The translations under genes and the position numbers were made by a program. From positions 1-64,000 of IMG/VR virus record IMGVR_UViG_3300032236_002285: a stretch of DNA of 64,000 nucleotides. One strand, 5' to 3'. Numbering within the stretch: the first letter of the stretch is position 1; each line of letters starts with the position of its first letter. The notes under the pieces were generated by a model. It was not told the DNA's origin. It saw nothing but the letters and a program-made list of their open reading frames with translations, and did not search any database. Below, in pieces: positions 31,355 to 41,709 of this stretch.

Positions 31355-31915
31355 CTATTTTGATGTCTGACTTGACATCTTCTTGATATTATCCATCATA
31401 TTTTTTTCTACATCTTTCATTTTATCATCTAATGACTTTTGTGCTTCTGCTATATCTTTAACTAAAGAAGCTATAGTTGTCGTATTTGTCGATATTCTGT
31501 TGGTTATATCAGTGATTTTACCATTTACAGATTGTTTTGTACTGTCGTCGGTTATACTTTGTAGTTGACTACTAAAATCATCTTTTTTAACTTTATCATC
31601 AGCAATACTATTTTGAAGATTATCAACTTTTCTTTTAAGATTAGCAACATGTAAGTATTCAACTAAAAAAGGATTTTTAGGTGTTTTTTCATCGGCCTTG
31701 CCTATAATCTCATCAACCTTTATTTGTAAGTCAGCATCTGATTTTATTTTAAGATAAGCATTGTCTAACAAAGGTTTCTTTGTTTTGTATTCAGCCAATT
31801 GCTTTTGAGTTATTGATAACTCATCTTTAGCCATTTTAACATCAGGTTCGTCTGTTAGATTAATATCAAAGTCTGCTTCTTCTATAAAGAGTTTATATGT
31901 TTTAAGAGTTCTCAT
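31355..31915 (-). CDS. Coiled-coil protein with CTS-like N-terminus (MRTLKTYKLFIEE)
   Basis: 186-aa helical ORF. Confidence 0.7.
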   Translation of the reverse strand: MRTLKTYKLFIEEADFDINLTDEPDVKMAKDELSITQKQLAEYKTKKPLLDNAYLKIKSDADLQIKVDEIIGKADEKTPKNPFLVEYLHVANLKRKVDNLQNSIADDKVKKDDFSSQLQSITDDSTKQSVNGKITDITNRISTNTTTIASLVKDIAEAQKSLDDKMKDVEKNMMDNIKKMSSQTSK

Positions 31916-34797
31916 TATTTTTTAACTATTGATGTTTTGTTAGCATCGTTTGATGCTGCAATATTTACAAAGCCGCCATTTTTTGTTATTGAATTTGAGG
32001 CATTTGTTAATACAAATCTCCTAACTATATCTTTACCCTCTTTATCTTTTAATTTTTCCTGTAAAGTAAATATTGACTTAATATCAATTTCAGCCTCTTC
32101 TGATAATTTTGAAGATGCTGCTTTATTTTTACCCTCATCAAACTTAGTTATGGCTTTAATTGAATATTTACCACTTAACTTAAACTTACCATCTTTATCA
32201 ATAAGAGATTCTGGTTTTATTCTAAAAGCTGATATTATAAATTCCTTACCATCTTTATTTTTTTGATTTTTATTTAAACCAAATGGTAGATTACCACCTT
32301 CTAACTTAATAGAATTTCCCGATTCTGTTATGTATTTGTCAAAAAAGTACATACTTCTACAATATGAGATGTATAACTCACCATTTTGCAAGTCTTGTAT
32401 GTAGAAATATAATACTTTATTGTCATTTGTACTTGTTGCAAAGAAAGTACCTTTTAATTGTTCGTAGTTATCAAACTTTAATGGTTTTTCTGTAAAATTT
32501 AAGTTTCTAACCTTTATAGAATCTGCAATTTTACCATTTTCATTCATTTCTTTTTCTCCACCGATAGCCAACTTTTCGTTATCTACGGATGTACCAAAGT
32601 ATTTTTCAATAAATTCGGCTTGTTTGCCTTTCCCGGATTTATCAGTTTTGTATAAGGTATCACCATCAATCATATCATTCATGAATCTTAAAAGGTTCTT
32701 ACCCGCATCTTTTATTATGTTACCTTCTTCGGTTTTTAGTGTAGTCTCTTGTCTAAATATTTTTTGATATTTTGTATCTTTTTTAATATTAAGAACCGCA
32801 TCTTCCCATTGGTCAAAAATCGCATTATTTCTATATGGACCACCAGTAGAACCCGCGTTGTCTGGTGACCCACCGCCAAATGTTGTGTACTCTCTAAATG
32901 TTTTATTAGATACCCTTCCTCCTTGTCTGCCTGTTGGTATAACTTGAGTTGTATGTAATTTATATGCTCTATTAAAAACTTTAACTATTTCAATAATAGG
33001 ATCCATTCCTTGTATCACAATAGAATCGCTTTTACTAGCCTTGTCAAATGCTATACGAGCTTTTTCCATTTCACTCTTTGTCATTACAAAGCTTTTGATA
33101 TCTACATTTTTATCCCAATAATCTTTTATCTTTTGAGACATGATCATTTGAGTTGGTTCTGAAACCTCTTCAGTTTTATCGGTTGTTATTTTTTCCTCTT
33201 TAGAATCTACATCCTCGTCAGCTTCATTTATAAAGTCAAAATATCTAAATATTGATTTAGATTCTTTTTTTAATTGATTGGGTCTAACAGCAAATGTTCC
33301 ATTTGATTTGTCAGTTGCTACTGATAAAAGGTCTTTATTATCTAATTCTTTTCCTTTTTTATCATCAGATGTTAGATATTTTTTATCATCACCTGGATAA
33401 ACAACTTTATCCTTATCTACTGCAATAACATCTTTAGTCTCGCCTTTTTTATTGGTGTATTTATAATGCTTACCTAATTCAATATCATCTTCTGTTTTAA
33501 CCTCTGATTCAGTATTGGAATCTTTAGTTTCTTGAGACGATTTTAACTTTGGTAATAGTTCTTTTAATTTATCATATGAACTAATAAAATCTTTAATAGG
33601 TTGATTAGCTTCTGTTAGTTGAGCTGATAAGCCCATATCACCTTTGAATGCTAAAATAACATTACCAAATAATGAAATAGCCTTAGGTATGTCATTATCA
33701 GAATCTGGATTTAATTCTTCTTTAACAAGATCATCATGGCTTAATAGGTTCTTACCAATAGTTTGCTCATTCATAACTACTTGGTATCCTATTTTACTTA
33801 TAGTTTTTTTATATAGTTCTGCATTCTCACCGGATTCAGAGTTCTTAATAAGATCTTGAATTCTAGTAACCATATTAGAAATACCTGACTTAGTGTAAGC
33901 ACTTTCAACTTTTTTCCAAGCATTAATAGCTTTAGTTTCATTTGATGCTAACTCTGACTCAAATATTGGAAGAGACTCATTTTCATAAAAAAATCTTTCA
34001 GTTGTTACCTCTGCTTTTACAGGTTCTTTTGTATCAACTTTAGTTGTTTCTTTTTCATTTGGTTTAGCCTGAGTTGTTGATTTTGGATAAGTTATTTTAC
34101 CATCTTTTACAACATCGCATAAAGAAATAACAGATTTTAGTAAAGTAACTGATGTTTTGTAAAATAATTCAGATGTTTCACTTGATACCTCTGGCTTTTC
34201 TTCACTTTTTTCTTCACCTTCTGTTTCTACAGGCTTTTCTTCTTCTCCTTTTTTAAACTCATTTAAGAATTCTCTAAACTTTTTTAATTCTTTTATTAAT
34301 TTATCTAAATCACTCTTATCAATTGTTAATTCATCCGCTGGTGTTTTATTTTCAAAGTCTGTAATTTCTTTGATAGCGGTATCGGTTAGATTTTTTAACC
34401 CTTCTATTTCTTTAAGTGTCTCATCATCACTTTTACCTTCAAGTTCCTCAACTGAATTCTTTAACTCTTCTAAAAAAGCATATAGTGAAACTTTATTATA
34501 TCTAGCTTTATCTTCTTTTGATAAGCCAGATGCGTATGATCTACTTAATAAATCATCAAAAGCTTCTTGCAATCTTTTACCAACTTGCTTTATTTTAACT
34601 AGATTTGCACCTATTTTTGCTTTTCTGATGGCAGAGTTTATCAATCTACCAAGTAATGAGTCATTCCAAGGTATATCATTGGCAAATGGACCAGATTCAA
34701 TTTCTTCATTGATTGAATCATCTTTTATAGATATATGTTCATCGATCTTGATTATACTTCTTTTAAGGAATTCATCTCTATTACTAAGATACTTCAT
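31915..34797 (-). CDS. Large charged putative internal head protein
   Basis: Start at ATG 34797 (MKYLSNRDEFL); several x-N/F-E processing-like sites (SINEE, PIFES, DFINEA); reverse-strand AATATATA at 34821-34828. Confidence 0.55.
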   Translation of the reverse strand: MKYLSNRDEFLKRSIIKIDEHISIKDDSINEEIESGPFANDIPWNDSLLGRLINSAIRKAKIGANLVKIKQVGKRLQEAFDDLLSRSYASGLSKEDKARYNKVSLYAFLEELKNSVEELEGKSDDETLKEIEGLKNLTDTAIKEITDFENKTPADELTIDKSDLDKLIKELKKFREFLNEFKKGEEEKPVETEGEEKSEEKPEVSSETSELFYKTSVTLLKSVISLCDVVKDGKITYPKSTTQAKPNEKETTKVDTKEPVKAEVTTERFFYENESLPIFESELASNETKAINAWKKVESAYTKSGISNMVTRIQDLIKNSESGENAELYKKTISKIGYQVVMNEQTIGKNLLSHDDLVKEELNPDSDNDIPKAISLFGNVILAFKGDMGLSAQLTEANQPIKDFISSYDKLKELLPKLKSSQETKDSNTESEVKTEDDIELGKHYKYTNKKGETKDVIAVDKDKVVYPGDDKKYLTSDDKKGKELDNKDLLSVATDKSNGTFAVRPNQLKKESKSIFRYFDFINEADEDVDSKEEKITTDKTEEVSEPTQMIMSQKIKDYWDKNVDIKSFVMTKSEMEKARIAFDKASKSDSIVIQGMDPIIEIVKVFNRAYKLHTTQVIPTGRQGGRVSNKTFREYTTFGGGSPDNAGSTGGPYRNNAIFDQWEDAVLNIKKDTKYQKIFRQETTLKTEEGNIIKDAGKNLLRFMNDMIDGDTLYKTDKSGKGKQAEFIEKYFGTSVDNEKLAIGGEKEMNENGKIADSIKVRNLNFTEKPLKFDNYEQLKGTFFATSTNDNKVLYFYIQDLQNGELYISYCRSMYFFDKYITESGNSIKLEGGNLPFGLNKNQKNKDGKEFIISAFRIKPESLIDKDGKFKLSGKYSIKAITKFDEGKNKAASSKLSEEAEIDIKSIFTLQEKLKDKEGKDIVRRFVLTNASNSITKNGGFVNIAASNDANKTSIVKK

Positions 34798-34847
34798 AAA
34801 TTTATGTAATTTTTTCAACTTATATATTAAAAACTATTTACTTAAAA

Positions 34848-34878
34848 TTGGTAAATTAGATAATAATGCTTATATTTG
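34848..34878 (+). promoter_or_regulatory. Bacteroidota housekeeping-sigma type promoter (-33 TTG / -7 TAnnTTTG)
   Basis: TTG at 34848, 20-nt spacer, TATATTTG at 34871. Confidence 0.65.
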
Positions 34879-34902
34879 TATAACAAATTAACCACTACAA
34901 CA

Positions 34903-35370
34903 ATGAAATCTATGAATATTGACATCAACAAAATTGTTCACTTAGAATTGAGAAACAAACACGGTAAAAAGTTTTCTAACACAAGACTTAAATTTATTGC
35001 TGAATTTCTATCAATTAACTCTGATTTTTTGGTTGATTTAAGTGATAAGTATGACAATATCTGGTTTATCAATACTGGTGTTACAACTATGGTATTCGCT
35101 ACCTGTGGTGTATCTTCTTATTCTTTTGAGCCTTTTAGTGTTGGATATGATGTTGTTAGAGATATAAAAGCCATTGAAGTTCCAAAAACTCCACCTCAAA
35201 CTAAAAAATCTAAAGTTGTTAAAACTAATGAAGTTGGTAACGTCTTTATTGAAGATTTGATTGGTGATTTAGATTTAGACGTGGATACTATTCTTGATAA
35301 GATTTCTGCTACTGGTATGGCATCTTTGACCAAGAGAGAATTAGAGTTTTTGAACAGCCTTAATAAATAA
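34903..35370 (+). CDS. Hypothetical (probably early) protein with C-terminal DUF6576-like helix
   Basis: VDTILDKISATGMASLTKRELEFL; start set at ATG 34903. Confidence 0.6.
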   Translation: MKSMNIDINKIVHLELRNKHGKKFSNTRLKFIAEFLSINSDFLVDLSDKYDNIWFINTGVTTMVFATCGVSSYSFEPFSVGYDVVRDIKAIEVPKTPPQTKKSKVVKTNEVGNVFIEDLIGDLDLDVDTILDKISATGMASLTKRELEFLNSLNK

Positions 35371-35395
35371 AAAAAATCATTTTTTTCCACTTCTT

Positions 35396-35424
35396 AAAAA
35401 ACCAGGCATATGTCTGGTTTTTTT
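35396..35424 (+). terminator. Intrinsic terminator
   Basis: AAAAACCAGGCA-TA-TGTCTGGTTTTT. Confidence 0.75.
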
Positions 35425-35536
35425 TATTTTAAAATATATTTTTTTTATCCACCTTTGAAATTTTTGTAAATTCCACGATTGTCTTTTTAATAATAAAAAA
35501 ATAGAATATATAAGTCATACAAATTCATATTTTATT

Positions 35537-35830
35537 ATGAGATATACAGAGTTAAATTATCGTGGTAAAACTTACACAAGTACAAATGAAATACACGATA
35601 TTCTTCTTAAAGAAAAATTCTACTGGCTTATTGACTCAGAGATTGAGAATGCTCAGTTAGAAATAAAAAACAACACACTTATATGGAAAAAAGGTAGTTT
35701 CTATAATGGAGACTGGTACTATGGTATTTTTAAAGACGGTAGCTTTTATGGAAACTGGGAAAACGGTATATGGGAAAACGGCAATTTTGGCGGTAAATGG
35801 CAAAGCGGCATTAATCTTACAAAGATATAA
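35537..35830 (+). CDS. Small protein with G-x-W/F pentapeptide-type repeats
   Basis: GDWYYGIFKDGSFYGNWENGIWENGNF. Confidence 0.65.
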   Translation: MRYTELNYRGKTYTSTNEIHDILLKEKFYWLIDSEIENAQLEIKNNTLIWKKGSFYNGDWYYGIFKDGSFYGNWENGIWENGNFGGKWQSGINLTKI

Positions 35831-35847
35831 AAAAAAACTAAATTACC

Positions 35848-36321
35848 ATGAAGAGAAAAAGAATTGCTCTTGAAACTAAAGAAAAGAAACAAGAAGCTAA
35901 TGAAATTTTGAATCAGAGAGAATTAAGAGTAACAAAAGAAGGAACTGAGTACTTCTTTGAGATTGGTCCAGAAATGACATCAGATTTAGCAGAGGCGGTG
36001 TCAATATTAATGAGAAAGGCTGACTGGAATGATCCGATTTGGAATACGGCAATAGATAAAAAAATGATTTATGAAGATATAACCCCTGAAAAAGCACTAT
36101 ATTGGTTATCTGGTGGACACAAAGAATGGGACTCACTAGATCATTATAATAGACCTTGGTGTGATTGTTATTTAGAATTTCAAGAAGAATTTGGGTTTTT
36201 AATAATAAACATAGTTAAAAAGTCAAAAACGTTATTAGATATAAGAAATGGCTTTATGAAATACTTAAATTTACCAACATTATATAACTTCGCAATAGGC
36301 AAAAGCATGGTAAGAAACTAA
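35848..36321 (+). CDS. Hypothetical protein
   Basis: 157-aa ORF followed by a terminator at 36338-36366. Confidence 0.65.
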   Translation: MKRKRIALETKEKKQEANEILNQRELRVTKEGTEYFFEIGPEMTSDLAEAVSILMRKADWNDPIWNTAIDKKMIYEDITPEKALYWLSGGHKEWDSLDHYNRPWCDCYLEFQEEFGFLIINIVKKSKTLLDIRNGFMKYLNLPTLYNFAIGKSMVRN

Positions 36322-36382
36322 AAATAATATATTTAAGAAATCCCGTTAGAAATGACGGGATTTTTTATTTAATATATACATT

Positions 36383-36664
36383 ATGGAAAAAATGAAAAAG
36401 GTTTGTAGCAACCCCTGGTGTAAAGCACATTTCTATTACACAGAAGATGATATGGTGGAAGTTAAAAACGACCATAGAATATCTAAGATAGATAATGTTT
36501 TGAGGGAAGTTCAAAAAATTGCACCAAGTGAGTGTCCAAAGTGTAGAAGCTTTGCTACTGAACTAAGTGGTGGTGTTGAATGGAAAGATAAAGAATATGA
36601 GGGTCCAAGATTTGATGGTACTCCACATGAATTTAGATATAAAGTAACAAATTATAAATTATAA
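36383..36664 (+). CDS. Zn-ribbon protein
   Basis: CSNPWC...CPKC; AATATATA 4 nt upstream. Confidence 0.65.
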   Translation: MEKMKKVCSNPWCKAHFYYTEDDMVEVKNDHRISKIDNVLREVQKIAPSECPKCRSFATELSGGVEWKDKEYEGPRFDGTPHEFRYKVTNYKL

Positions 36665-37509
36665 TGAAATCACATTTTTTTGACTTAGATGTAATATTGA
36701 CTACTAATAGTTCTGTTTGGATTGTTGATAAAACAAAACCTAATATTCCTATTATGAAAATATCTGAATCAGATTTTAATTTGATTAAAAGAGGTATTTA
36801 TAAAAGCCAAGGAAACTCAATTAATTTTGGTGGTCATATTTACTGGATTCCAACAGAAATGTTTGAAACACTGAAGATAAAAGCAAAAAACTATAAAGCT
36901 GATATTTCAAATCTTGCTTTTTCTATGCAAGAATTCATGAATAAAGAATTAATAGAAAATTTAGAATATACTATTAATTTAGATAACATTTTACATTTAA
37001 AAAATACCAACGATGATATTTACGTTATTTGTTCTAGAAATAATAAAAGAAATTATGAGTTAATGATTTCTAAGATAGAAGATAAATTAAAAGAGAATGG
37101 ATTGGTTATAAAGAAGTTTTACTATATTTCTGAAACTTTTTATAATAGAAACTCTGACGATATATCACATAAAAAAGTAAGATTATTATTACAACATATT
37201 ATTGGTCTAAAAACAGATGGTGAAAAATTCACTGATGAGAAATTAGAACAATATGATGAGTTATTCTATTATGATGATGAAGATAGTGCTATAAAATTAG
37301 CAAAAGATTCTAACAAATTATTAACAGTTTTATTATCAAATACTGAATCAGATCTAAAAGACAATATTAAAGAAGAATTAAAATCTAAAGAACATACACT
37401 ATATGTTAATTATGCAACTGGTAATAAAGTAAATAGATTTATAATCACAAAAGTTGATATTCAATTTAGTAATTTAATAACTGTATTTGAAAGTTTTAAG
37501 TGGAGATAA
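36664..37509 (+). CDS. HAD-fold-like protein
   Basis: FFDLDV motif I-like, ICSR motif II-like, YYDD motif IV-like. Confidence 0.5.
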   Translation: MKSHFFDLDVILTTNSSVWIVDKTKPNIPIMKISESDFNLIKRGIYKSQGNSINFGGHIYWIPTEMFETLKIKAKNYKADISNLAFSMQEFMNKELIENLEYTINLDNILHLKNTNDDIYVICSRNNKRNYELMISKIEDKLKENGLVIKKFYYISETFYNRNSDDISHKKVRLLLQHIIGLKTDGEKFTDEKLEQYDELFYYDDEDSAIKLAKDSNKLLTVLLSNTESDLKDNIKEELKSKEHTLYVNYATGNKVNRFIITKVDIQFSNLITVFESFKWR

Positions 37510-38145
37510 TTATTTATCCTTATCTTTATTTATCATAGCATTCTTAATCAAATCATTCAACTTTCTATTATCCATAATAGCACCTGATGCGTCTTCACTT
37601 GCTGCTTCTTCTGATGCTGCATTTTGAGCTTTAATAACATCTGGATTTTCAATTTCGTTAAGACCTAAGTCTTTTCTCAATCCTTTATAAAACTTTTCAA
37701 GTTCGGTTCTTTGTGTAGATGAGAATTTAGAATTTTCTCTAATTTGACCAATTGTTTGATTGACAACCTCGTGCATTCTAGCAGAGTTATCACCATTATC
37801 AACTTGTCTTAATTGTGATAAGAAGTTCTTTCTTGTCATTTTTTGTAAGAAGATAGTCTCAGCATATACTTTAGCATCTTCTTTCATTTTATTTCTAATA
37901 TAAGGGTGTTCTTTTAATTGAGGTACATCACTTAAATATAAATCAATAAGTGATTCTAATACGTCCATAGACTGTTGTGTTGCAACTGTCATATCTGAGT
38001 CGTAATCATATATTTCTATCTCACCTAAATCTGGTAAATCTTCAGGTCTGGCAAGGTGTTTACTAATATCAAATTCACCACTCTCTGATTGGATTTCATC
38101 GAATTCGTCTTTGATTCTATTTCTTTCATTCTCTGTTTTTGACAT
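37510..38145 (-). CDS. gp16: Terminase small subunit (gp16-like)
   Basis: SARMHEVVNQTIGQ resembles the gp16 PRxxEV motif; divergent from the large terminase; start set at ATG 38145. Confidence 0.6.
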   Translation of the reverse strand: MSKTENERNRIKDEFDEIQSESGEFDISKHLARPEDLPDLGEIEIYDYDSDMTVATQQSMDVLESLIDLYLSDVPQLKEHPYIRNKMKEDAKVYAETIFLQKMTRKNFLSQLRQVDNGDNSARMHEVVNQTIGQIRENSKFSSTQRTELEKFYKGLRKDLGLNEIENPDVIKAQNAASEEAASEDASGAIMDNRKLNDLIKNAMINKDKDK

Positions 38146-38163
38146 AAGAAGGCGGTTTTTTAC

Positions 38164-38173
38164 AATATATATT
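38164..38173. promoter_or_regulatory. Palindromic bidirectional late promoter AATATATATT
   Basis: Only such motif in the 50-nt gap between divergent TerS and TerL. Confidence 0.6.
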
Positions 38174-38195
38174 AAAAAATATCTTTTCCTAAAAT

Positions 38196-40340
38196 ATGGC
38201 GTTTGCTCCACAACAAGAAAGACAAATGGTTTTCACAACCAAATTGGTAGATGATGCTACAGATAAGATTAATGACGGTGTTGTTGTTAAGAGATATCAA
38301 AATCCTTGGTTAAAGTCTGAAGTAGGACTTAGAAGAGCCGGTGTTACATTTAAAATGACCGCTGATGAACAATCAGAATATGTTAGGTGTGCTTTAGATG
38401 TTCATTACTTTACTGAAAAGTATTGTAAGGTTAAAACCGAAGATGGTTCTATTAATAATATAAAACTAAGAGATTATCAAGAAGAGATATTAGATAACTT
38501 TGTAAACAACAGATTTAATATTTTAATGGCATCTCGTCAGGTTGGTAAAACAATCTCATCATCTATTTTCATGTTGCATACAATTTTATTTAATAATGAT
38601 AAAAATATAATGATTGTAGCCAACAAAGGTGATACAGCAGTAGAGATTGTTGATAAGATTAAATCAATTTATTCATTATTACCTTTCTTCTTAAAACCAG
38701 GTATTAAAACTTGGAATCAAAAGTCATTAACATTTGAAAATGGTTGTAGAATTAAAACATCTGCTAGAACAAAGACTCCAGCCATCGGTTTTACCATTGA
38801 CGTACTTTATTTAGATGAGTTTGCTCATATTCCTTCAAATATTATTGAGCCTTATTATACCGCGGCTTTTCCAACTGTATCAGCCGTTCAGAATTCAAAA
38901 ATTATTATTACATCTACTCCAAATGGTATGAATTTATTTCATAGATTATTGATAGATGCGGAAAGACCTGAGGGTGATCCTTTAAAAAATAACTATAAAC
39001 CAATGAGGGTTTATTGGTATCAAGTACCTGGTCGTTTCGTTACTTATATAAGGTTAAATGCTCATAAATTGTATGAACATGGTGTCACTAAAGAAGACAT
39101 TTTTAATACTGTTAGTGATGCTTGGTCTTCTGTTACTAAGGTTGAGATGAAGTTTATCACAGATACAATGAAAGATGTCATTTATGTTTATAATAATGAT
39201 AAGTGTACTGATGAAGATGTTAGAAAAATGACATTTATTGATAGTAAAGGACACGAGGTTCCTATTTTAGCAATATCAGAAATGACAACCTGGAAAGAAG
39301 AAGCCATTAAGGACATTGGTGGTGAAGATGCGTTTAACCAAGAATATGGTTTAAGATTTATTAATGCTTCTAAGTCATTATTAAACGAAGCAATTATTGA
39401 TGAGTTATTAAGAAATAAAAAGCATTATGTTCATGAGCCTATAATGGAATTTGATAAAAGACTAAAATTTAGTTATGCCGATTTAAAATGGGTAGATGAT
39501 GATGAGGTTTTTATACCTATCATGAGAAAAGATTATAAATATGTAATATCGGTCGATATATCAGAAGGACTTGGTCAGGATTACTCTATTATAAATATAT
39601 TTAAGATATCTGAAAAACCAAGAGATTTAATAGAAATTCAAAAACCATCTTATAAGTCAATAGTTGATTTCTTTAGGTTAGAACAGATTGGTATTTATAG
39701 AAATAATTACATATCTGTCAAGCAGTTGGCTGAGTTACTTTATATGATAGTATTTGAATATTTAAACCCGGATAACTGTAAGGTGGTTGTTGAGTTAAAT
39801 AATTATGGCAACACTTTATTTGCTGAATTGCCACATGTATTTGATGGTAATAATAATTATGGTTCTTCGGTATTTGTTAGATATAAACACAGAGCAGACG
39901 CTACTGAAGAAAAGGTCGGATTAAAAGTGGGTGAGAATAAAAATCTTATGGTTAAAGATTATCAAGATTTGATGCAAAGTAAGGGTTTTGTTATTACCAA
40001 TGAAGAAAACATAAGAGAGATTACAACATTTGTTAAACACACTACATCAGCAGGTAATACTAGATATGCCGCTGACGTTGGACATGATGATACCGTAATG
40101 ACAATTGTCAATGCTACCACTGTGTTTGGTAGACATGACTTTAGTGAGATGATTGAAGAGTGGTCAAGTAAGTTTGTTGATAAGGAGTTTATGAGTTATG
40201 TTCAAGAAACATTAAAAAATATGGACTATGTAGAAGGTTTAGACTATGGTCAAGTCTTAAAAATAAGAAAACAGCAAATGAATCGATTTAAGGCTAATAA
40301 TAATGGATTTGGTACGGGTACTAATTGGTTTGGTAAATAA
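38196..40340 (+). CDS. gp17: Terminase large subunit
   Basis: LRDYQ, SRQVGKT Walker A, LYLDEFA Walker B, ITSTPNG, VDISEGLGQDYS, HDDTVM. Confidence 0.95.
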   Translation: MAFAPQQERQMVFTTKLVDDATDKINDGVVVKRYQNPWLKSEVGLRRAGVTFKMTADEQSEYVRCALDVHYFTEKYCKVKTEDGSINNIKLRDYQEEILDNFVNNRFNILMASRQVGKTISSSIFMLHTILFNNDKNIMIVANKGDTAVEIVDKIKSIYSLLPFFLKPGIKTWNQKSLTFENGCRIKTSARTKTPAIGFTIDVLYLDEFAHIPSNIIEPYYTAAFPTVSAVQNSKIIITSTPNGMNLFHRLLIDAERPEGDPLKNNYKPMRVYWYQVPGRFVTYIRLNAHKLYEHGVTKEDIFNTVSDAWSSVTKVEMKFITDTMKDVIYVYNNDKCTDEDVRKMTFIDSKGHEVPILAISEMTTWKEEAIKDIGGEDAFNQEYGLRFINASKSLLNEAIIDELLRNKKHYVHEPIMEFDKRLKFSYADLKWVDDDEVFIPIMRKDYKYVISVDISEGLGQDYSIINIFKISEKPRDLIEIQKPSYKSIVDFFRLEQIGIYRNNYISVKQLAELLYMIVFEYLNPDNCKVVVELNNYGNTLFAELPHVFDGNNNYGSSVFVRYKHRADATEEKVGLKVGENKNLMVKDYQDLMQSKGFVITNEENIREITTFVKHTTSAGNTRYAADVGHDDTVMTIVNATTVFGRHDFSEMIEEWSSKFVDKEFMSYVQETLKNMDYVEGLDYGQVLKIRKQQMNRFKANNNGFGTGTNWFGK

Positions 40341-40367
40341 AAAAAAGACACATTTCTGTGTCTTTTT
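40340..40367. terminator. Bidirectional intrinsic terminator
   Basis: AAAAGACACA-TTTC-TGTGTCTTTT. Confidence 0.75.
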
Positions 40368-40369
40368 TA

Positions 40370-40654
40370 TTAATTATTTGCTTCCATTGTCGCACTTAGT
40401 CCAGCACTTCTTAGTTTATCCTTCATTGTTGAGATTGTTTCTATATCACCATATTTAACATCACAAAATCCGTTATAGTGAACTATGTGAGCACACTGAG
40501 TTGCTTGCTCTTGCTCGTGTTTACAAACTTTCATTAAACAAGTGATAACCCAATCAAACGTATTGTGATCATCATTGTGAAGTATTAACTTATAAGGTTT
40601 TGATAAAATCTCATCTACCTTTGATTCAGTTTTCTTTTTGGTAATTGTCGCCAT
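40370..40654 (-). CDS. clpS: ATP-dependent Clp protease adaptor ClpS
   Basis: YKLILHNDDHNTFDWVI...AHIVHYNG. Confidence 0.85.
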   Translation of the reverse strand: MATITKKKTESKVDEILSKPYKLILHNDDHNTFDWVITCLMKVCKHEQEQATQCAHIVHYNGFCDVKYGDIETISTMKDKLRSAGLSATMEANN

Positions 40655-40660
40655 AATTTA

Positions 40661-41191
40661 TTATATATTATTTGAGAAAATAGTTTCTTTTTTGTTAACA
40701 ACATCAACTACTGTAACTTTCACATGATGTTCTTCAGCCCATTCTTCAAACTTAATTAAATGTTCATGTCTATCGTCAAAAAGTATAAACTCATGGACTC
40801 CTAGTTCTTCAATCTTTTCTTCAAATAGTTTAGTTTTGAAGTTATATGTATCACCACCCCAGTTTAAATGTACTTCATCAAATGATAGATTATGTTGGTT
40901 TAGAATACTCATAACATTTTCAAGCATTCCTGTTTTTTTTCTAAGACGACCTGTTGCCAAAATAACATAGTTATCTGGATCTGATACGGCTTCTAAGTAT
41001 TTTTTATAAACCCATTGATTTAATGGTACATAAAATATTTCAGGGTCTATACTTTCTGGTCTACCCCACCAACCACCAAACGGCCAATCAGTTCCAGTTT
41101 TTTCTTTCCAAATTTTTTGACCTTCTTCAGGCTTTGGGGTGTGACAAATTGTATCGTCAAAGTCAAATGATATCAGCCTTTTATAACTCAT
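40661..41191 (-). CDS. HAD phosphatase (RNA-repair 'Swiss army knife'-like)
   Basis: SFDFDDT, WWGRPES, LATGR, FDDRHEH. Confidence 0.7.
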   Translation of the reverse strand: MSYKRLISFDFDDTICHTPKPEEGQKIWKEKTGTDWPFGGWWGRPESIDPEIFYVPLNQWVYKKYLEAVSDPDNYVILATGRLRKKTGMLENVMSILNQHNLSFDEVHLNWGGDTYNFKTKLFEEKIEELGVHEFILFDDRHEHLIKFEEWAEEHHVKVTVVDVVNKKETIFSNNI

Positions 41192-41292
41192 TATTGTAGT
41201 TTATTTTTAAATATTTACAAATATATATAAAATTTTTGAAAATTAAAAGGGTAAATTGAAAAATAATATATATTGCAAAAATAATAAGTTTT

Positions 41293-41709
41293 ATGAAATT
41301 AGACATTAAGTCAATTTTGATACTTGTTTTACTTGGACTAACAATTTTATTTGGTTTCAAATGGTTTTTATCTGGTGATTCAGCATCAAAAGAAAGAGTT
41401 AAACAATTAGAGTTACAATTCGACTCATTACAAAAACAAAAAGCAGCGGTTGATATTGAAATAAACTCCTGGAAAGCAAAATCTGATAGTCTTAAACAAT
41501 TGGATATTAAATTACAATCAGAATTAGTTAAGCAAGAGGCTCAAACAAAAAAAGCAGAAATTGAAGCTAATAAATCTAAAGCTAATTTAGATAAGTTAAG
41601 ACATGATATGGCTGAAACTAAAAGTAAAATAAATGATTTTAAGAACCATCCACCTAATAGAACAGGAGATTCACTCTTGCAGTCACTAAAAAATAAACTA
41701 TCACACTAA
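41293..41709 (+). CDS. Membrane-anchored coiled-coil protein, i-spanin-like
   Basis: N-terminal TM (SILILVLLGLTILFGF) followed by a coiled coil. Confidence 0.5.
   Translation: MKLDIKSILILVLLGLTILFGFKWFLSGDSASKERVKQLELQFDSLQKQKAAVDIEINSWKAKSDSLKQLDIKLQSELVKQEAQTKKAEIEANKSKANLDKLRHDMAETKSKINDFKNHPPNRTGDSLLQSLKNKLSH

Noticed and set aside
39036-39290. Intein in the terminase
   Set aside because: Lacks splice-junction residues
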